DNA of 64,000 nucleotides from Plasmodiophora brassicae (Eukaryota): NCBI GenBank assembly GCA_036867785.1, contig CP145413.1, positions 620,001 to 684,000 of the forward strand, read 5' to 3'. Shown piece by piece: positions 58,128 to 64,000 of this stretch (position 1 is its first letter; each line of letters starts with the position of its first letter). The notes under the pieces were generated by a model. It saw only the letters and a program-made list of their open reading frames with translations, ran no database searches and was not told where the DNA came from. The position numbers and the translations under genes were made by a program.

Positions 58128-59204
58128 TTTTGGCCCCGCCTTTGTTCAAACGGCGTCGGCGACCGTCCAGGGGCACACCTATTCATTATCGACGGCCAGA
58201 CGACTACTGACGTCGCAGATATGACATTTTTCCATCAGCACCAGGAGCATCCGCATCCTACGGAGTGATGCGCTGGTCGTCATGCCGGATGCTGGCCCGG
58301 CAGGTCGGCCTGTGGGCCCGTGCGTCACACGCTGTTCGCGTCCTGGCGTGCAGCAGGTCGGCGTCGTCGGTGGCGGGCAAAGCAACTGACATTGGGATGG
58401 GCTTGATGCCGTGGCCCTTCAAGCGGCAGTTCCCGACGACTCGAGCCGACGCGAGTTCGATGTCCTCCGTTCCAAAGCCCATGGGGAGTTCGCGAAGGAG
58501 AAAGTTACCGTCGAAGACCTGCTGAAGGTTTCGAAAATGTAATCCTCGTGTTGCTTGGCCCACGCTGTCCAGTGCTGTTGCCTGACCAATACCCACTCAG
58601 ATATGCTCGCGATCTCCTGCTTGATACGAGCCATGGGAACCCGCACAGCAGTATTCTGCCACGAGGTGATAGGTAGCCTCCTTGTGAACTTCTTCGTCAA
58701 AGCCATCGTTTATCGCGACCATGCCATCATCTGCGATGCTAACAAGTTGGGAACGTGCTGCGTATCTTCGTAATGACGTGACCTTCCTGACGATGCCTTT
58801 CAGTCACATTGGTCGACGATTGTTGCGTTGACCAACTGTTCCAAACCGTGTCTGGCGACGGCCTCCGATGAACGGCTTGCGTTCGAGCTGAGGGCAGTTG
58901 AAGGCATACTGATCTCTGGATGTGAGCGTCGTTACAGAAGGCCGTAGGACATCCTCGCCGTCGCATGTCGACCTAGCCTCTGATCGCTGCTTCAGGTCAC
59001 TATATAAGGTCCTGTTATTCCGACTCTTCTGAATCAGTTGACCGATCAACTGGAAGGCGAGGCAACCCTGATATCCAAGCGCGAAACGGATCTTCGATGC
59101 TCCGGTTACCGCAACCGTTTGGATGCCCTCCGTCCTTCTTCTACGCTGAGCATCCATCCGCGTCGTCAAGAGGAAACAGCAATGGGTGGATGGGGTACCG
59201 CCGT

Positions 59205-59866
59205 TTATGTGCGACGACGCTTCTTTGGTTTAGGGTCCGCGTCGTCGCAACCGTTGACCTGTAGACCATCGCTGCCCTCGTAATCGTGTTCACTGTCCGA
59301 CGACTCGGCAACGGGGACAATCTCGAAGGCGTCCTCATCAGAGTCGTGCTGGCAATCGCCCACGCTCCCGTTATGGTCGTCGGTTTCATCGTCTTCCATT
59401 GACGCATAGTCGATAGCGTTATCAGGATCCGCCTTCTTGGACTGTTTCCGCCGATCGATATCATGGAGGTGATGTGTGAACCGTCTGCCCTTCATGTGGC
59501 GACGCACCTCGTCGGCGTGTTTGTTCAGGACCACCTTCGTCACCTTGCAGTACACTTTGCTGGCATCCGTTTTGTCCTGAACAGACCCTGGCTGTCAATG
59601 GAATTGCGAAAGCAGGAGGGTTACCAGGAACCCACCGGTACTATGTACGGTGCGAACTCGCCAAAGTCGAACGAGCCTTGGGCTTCCTTCGCTTTCAGAG
59701 CCATGGCTTTCTTGAACGGGCGACCCGACCAGTGCGCATGCAGCAAATCGATCCGATCGGCAGGCATCTCGTGCCCAGTAACCGTGCATCGTATTTTGCC
59801 ATTGGGCAGCAACTCCACCTCGCTGGCATGGGCAGCGAGGAATTCCTGAGCAGCGTTGGGCCCCAT
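59205..59866 (-). CDS. SURF2: Surfeit locus protein 2, 2 exons
   Basis: KIRCTVTGHEMP, FDFGEFAPYIVP, YCKVTKVVLNK..EVRRHMKGRRF and an acidic tail with KKRRR. Confidence 0.88.
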
Positions 59867-60370
59867 TACGTTGTCGACCCTGGACGGCAGTCTGGCTCCT
59901 CAGGTGCCCGCAGGCTGCGGACTCCGCGGCGGACTTCCCCGACCAAGTCGCGACAGTCGACGCACTTAAAGCAGCCAGCAGACCAACAGAGTCAAATGGC
60001 TAGCGATGGCAAGCTGTTGCCGTCGTCGGAGAGCGACAATTTAGGTGTGAAAGATTTCGACCGAGACAAGTGGCAACTTGTCTGATAACGAGGCGCCGGC
60101 GTGAAGAGCGCAAACCGCAGGATCATGCCGCAGCGACACGGCGCCGGCCTTGCACCCAGGTGGGTGCTGCGTCGCCTACCCAGCTGCAGTGATCACGAGG
60201 CAAATGCCAGTGGATAAAGTTCAGCCGTCGCCGTTTCCGAAGCGGCCGTATTCTGCAACGGCAGTGTACGTACCAGTCAGGCGTCGCAGTAGACGCGCGC
60301 GGGGGGAGGCAGTCGACGTATCCGTGGGGATCGGAGCGGGGGGGACGACGTTGCCGGCGTCATTCCGCCA

Positions 60371-63300
60371 ATGGATGAGAACACGGATCCGTGCCGCAAG
60401 AAGTTCTGCCCGCCGCGGCCGCGGCCCCAGGCCGACGGGACGCGCCCGGCGATCGTGGCCGGCGATCCCCGGCGGTTCGTCGCCCCGCTCGCCCTGAAGT
60501 CGTTGTCCACGTCGTTGCCTGCCACGAAAATCGTGATTGGACCCCGCCCGGGCGGTGCTCGGAGACCGAAACCTGTCGCGGCGGCACCACCAGCCCCGGC
60601 AGCCAGCGCGGCTCCCACGACCACCAAACTGGTGTACCGAGTGTATGCGCCCGTGCTGATCGTCCCCGATGTGTGCATCGGTTTTGACTGGGCGACAGGT
60701 TCTACTGCAAACGATCGAACCGGAAAGTGAAATCGCATGCCGAGGGCGTTCTGGTGCGGGTCGGCAGCAGGTTCTCCTTGTTCAGCGAGGATGGCAAACA
60801 GCTGTGCAGCGCCACCCAGAACAACATTTGCCGACTGGGACAGGGATCCGAGGTCTGCCTTCGCCCAGGTGTCGCAGCGTTGCGTGCTGACGACGACCGC
60901 AGATGGAGTGCGGCACGTACGATGTGGAGGTGGACGCCACGATTGACATTGACGAGTATCAGTCTGGGCGGTGCTTCATTGCACGAACGGTGCCAAGCAA
61001 CGACAACACGCCGACGCGGGCACCTAACGTCGTCCGCAAGATTGAAATTGCAAAGAAGAACGGCGGCAACGTGTATGTCTGTTTGTGTTTGTCCACACAC
61101 ACACATGTATTGCTGATCAGGTGGCCCAGAGTGCCTCGCAAGCCTACCGAGGGTGATGACGTTGACATGCCTGATGCGGATAGGAAGGCCCCGGTATGTG
61201 ACGCCGGGCAGCACCGTCCATGTTCCTAATCCAATCGGCAGGCGAAAATCAGTTCGCGCAATGATCCGAATGCACTGAACGCGCTGATCCTGTACACGCC
61301 CCCCACGGGCTCAAATGATCGCTACGTCGTCCTGTGGTAATGATGCCCTCTACGAATGCGGTATGTCGTGGCAGGCCCTAACGATGCGGTTAGTCCGTTC
61401 ATATCGAACTTCTTACGACCTCATCAACGCGCCGGCGTCAAGTTCATCTACGATTGCCTGTAAGTTGTCGAACCACGCTCCATCTTGCTGCTGCTGATGA
61501 CAGTCGCCGTGTCGCCAGGACAGGGGTTTCAACGCCTGGGCATTATGGCTGCATCCTGGCAGACGAAATGGGATTAGGCAAGACGTTGCAAGTCCGGTTT
61601 CGATCAACAGGCTAACGTCGCGTATACTGTACTGAACGTGATCTGTGTGCAGACGATCGCCGTCATGTGGTCGCTGCTGAAAGACGGTCCAGCAGGACCT
61701 GTGATATCTCGCGCGATCGTCGTCGTCCCGTCATCGCTCGTGGACAACTGGGCGAATGAAATCCGCAAGTGGCTTGGCAACCATCGGCTGGAAGTCTTGG
61801 CAATGCAGTCGAGTGCCAATGCCAAACAGCAGCGCATCATGATTGACGATTTCGTGTCCGGCGCCAGATGGCCTGTGCTCATCATCAGCTATGGTACGGC
61901 CGCTGTCGGTCCGCCCCCCCGTATCGTGTCAGCCCTGATGACGCTGCTGCAGAAATGTGTCGGAAGTTCTCGTCCGCGCTCTCTGTTCTAGCGAATAGGC
62001 GGAAAGGGATTATGCTGATCTGCGACGAAGGACACCGTCTTAAGAACGCGCAGGGTAACCGAACCATTGCCGCGCTGGAGGAGCTCGGCGCAACGCGTCG
62101 CCTGTTGATCACCGGCACGCCCATCCAGAACCAACTGGACGAACTGTTCGTATGGTCGAACCGATTGGCACGTTGCGCCCTGATCTGACGCGCTGCCGGC
62201 TCAACAGGTACGCGATGTGCTCGTTCGTGAACCCTGGGCTGCTGTCGACGCTCGAGTCGTTCCGCCACGCGTTCATCCGCCCGATTCAGGCGTGGAGGGA
62301 CGGTGGCGTTGCGTGCTCTGCCGACGACCAGGCCATCGGCGAGGCTCGCGCCGCCGAGCTACAGTCGTTAACGTCGTCCTTCATCCTGCGCCGTACGAAC
62401 GACATCCTGTCCAAGTACCTGCCGCCCAAGATCGAGAGCGTCCTGTTCTGTCGCATGTCGCCGCTCCAGCTGGACCTGTACCGGACGTTTGTCGCATCGC
62501 ACACGGTCAAGCGCCTGATTGCATCGGGGTCGACGGCCGCCGCGCTGTCGTCCATCGTCACGCTGCGCAAGCTGGTCAACGACCCTGCTCTCATCTACAA
62601 CGGCGAGGACGTCGACGGGCTGCCTTTCCCGGACGATTACGACCCGCTCGTCAAGAGCGACGCATGCAAGATGGTGGTGGTCGACGCCATTCTCGATGCG
62701 ATGCACGCGCAGTCGCCACCGGGCAAGACCGTCATCGTCAGCAACTTCGTGCAGACCCTCGAGGTCATCGAGCGGATGTGCGCCGCCAAAGGCATCAAGT
62801 CGTTCCGCCTAGATGGGCAGACGTCTGCCCAAGCGCGGCAGCCACTTGTCACCCAGTTCAACGACGCATCGCGCCCGGAGACGGTCTTCCTGCTGTCCGC
62901 CAAGGCACGTGCGATTCCCGTCATTCATTGCACGCTGACGTTGACCGATGCGTTTAGGCCGGCGGCTGCGGATTGAACCTGATCGGCGCGTGCCGGCTCG
63001 TCCTGTTCGACAACGACTGGAACCCTGCAACTGATGAGCAGGTGGGGCGGTCGTTTCTGGTTGCGCCTCCGGCGTGTCACGACGACGTCGCGCTGACCCG
63101 GCATGGCAGGCAATGGCGCGTATCTGGCGAGACGGGCAGCGCTTCCCATGCGTCATCTATCGGCTGCTGACGGTGGGCGGTATCGACGAGAAGATCTTCC
63201 AGAGGCAGCTGACGAAGCAGGAGCTGGCCCTGGTCATCGACAACAAGGACCAGAACGTGCAGCGCATGTCCCGGGACGACCTGAAGCAGCTGTTCAGCCT

Positions 63301-63526
63301 GCGATGCGACGAGCAGTACTGCCAGACGATGGCCATGCTGGAGGAGAAGGGCGCCGACGCGTCCACCGACCCGTCCACATGCTGGGCCATGCACCGCGAC
63401 CCGTCGGAGATCCCCGACCCCATCCTGCACGCCGCCCGTGCACACCTGCCGCCCGGCATGATCTCATTCGCCATGACCAAGACAACGAACCCGGACGCGC
63501 TGCCAAAGGCGCCGCCCACCACATAG
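60371..63526 (+). CDS. RAD54B: RAD54B-like SNF2-family DNA translocase, multi-exon
   Basis: [76 protein letters not shown]-terminal [15 protein letters not shown] region as in RAD54B. Confidence 0.9.
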
Positions 63527-64000
63527 GCCGGTCTGTCTGTTCAGCCGTCCCGTGTCCCGTAAACTATTTCCAAGAATAACACACACGAACCGTCGTCGTA
63601 CACGCGCGGCTGAGCTAAATTCGTGTCGTCCCAGTGACGAGGTTATTCCAGGAGGGGTGGGGACCTCCAGCACATTGGTCAGAGCCGTATCGTCCGCCGA
63701 GTGACAGCAGCAGCAGCAGCAGGGAGTAGCGCGGCTGGTCGTCTGCAGATTCCAACCGGTCGCTTAAGGTACGTGTGCCACCGGTGTGCGGGTCGATCGC
63801 GCCCCCCGAGCACCAGTCGTAGTAATATCGGCGTCGCCTACCGACACGCCGCATCGTTTGGCGCCGGCGCCCGCCCAGACCACGTTGCCATGAGCGGCGT
63901 CGACACGCAGGCCACCTGCAACCGGGGTAGGCGTGCGTGCCACGCGCGTCGTCGTGGTTTCGTGTCGCTGACGACCGCGCTTGGCAGACGCGCTGGAGCA

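Noticed and set aside
58190-59170. Possible multi-exon minus-strand gene between 5S copy 4 and SURF2
   Set aside because: Coding-like fragments exist, but I could not build a consistent exon chain or assign a family.
63615-64000. ORF fragment at the window end
   Set aside because: It is short, has no motif and may be truncated by the window edge.

Overview
This is a gene-dense, GC-rich eukaryotic window with short (about 50-70 bp) spliceosomal introns and cilium/flagellum genes. It is consistent with a compact protist genome such as a plasmodiophorid, though the organism is inferred, not proven. Bases 1-29 kb and 58-64 kb carry mostly conserved genes: PRP4 kinase, WD40, FANCE-like, GT61, DNAAF6, PH-START, WRAP73, NDUFB7, a duplicated [GT32 + mitochondrial TMEM-like] cassette, RGS-TM, a signal-peptide CCCH protein, APC2, lipase, a PIN/zinc-ribbon protein, SURF2 and RAD54B. 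Bases 29.5-58.1 kb are rich in inverted duplications and hold four main structures. (i) A ~2.5-kb element encoding only an intact tyrosine recombinase (Crypton-like) sits in one arm of a fold-back duplication, and the other arm preserves the empty site. (ii) A second fold-back is made of decayed IS630/Tc1 transposase. (iii) Four identical 5S rRNA genes are dispersed through the region. (iv) Two inverted ~4.4-kb copies of an unclassified element are each capped by a 5S gene and encode a basic VPKV-repeat protein; they bracket an 11.6-kb block with G-alpha, Rab-like, two-pore-channel-like, LRR, calcineurin-B-like and secreted ankyrin genes. Gene boundaries and identities were judged by eye.
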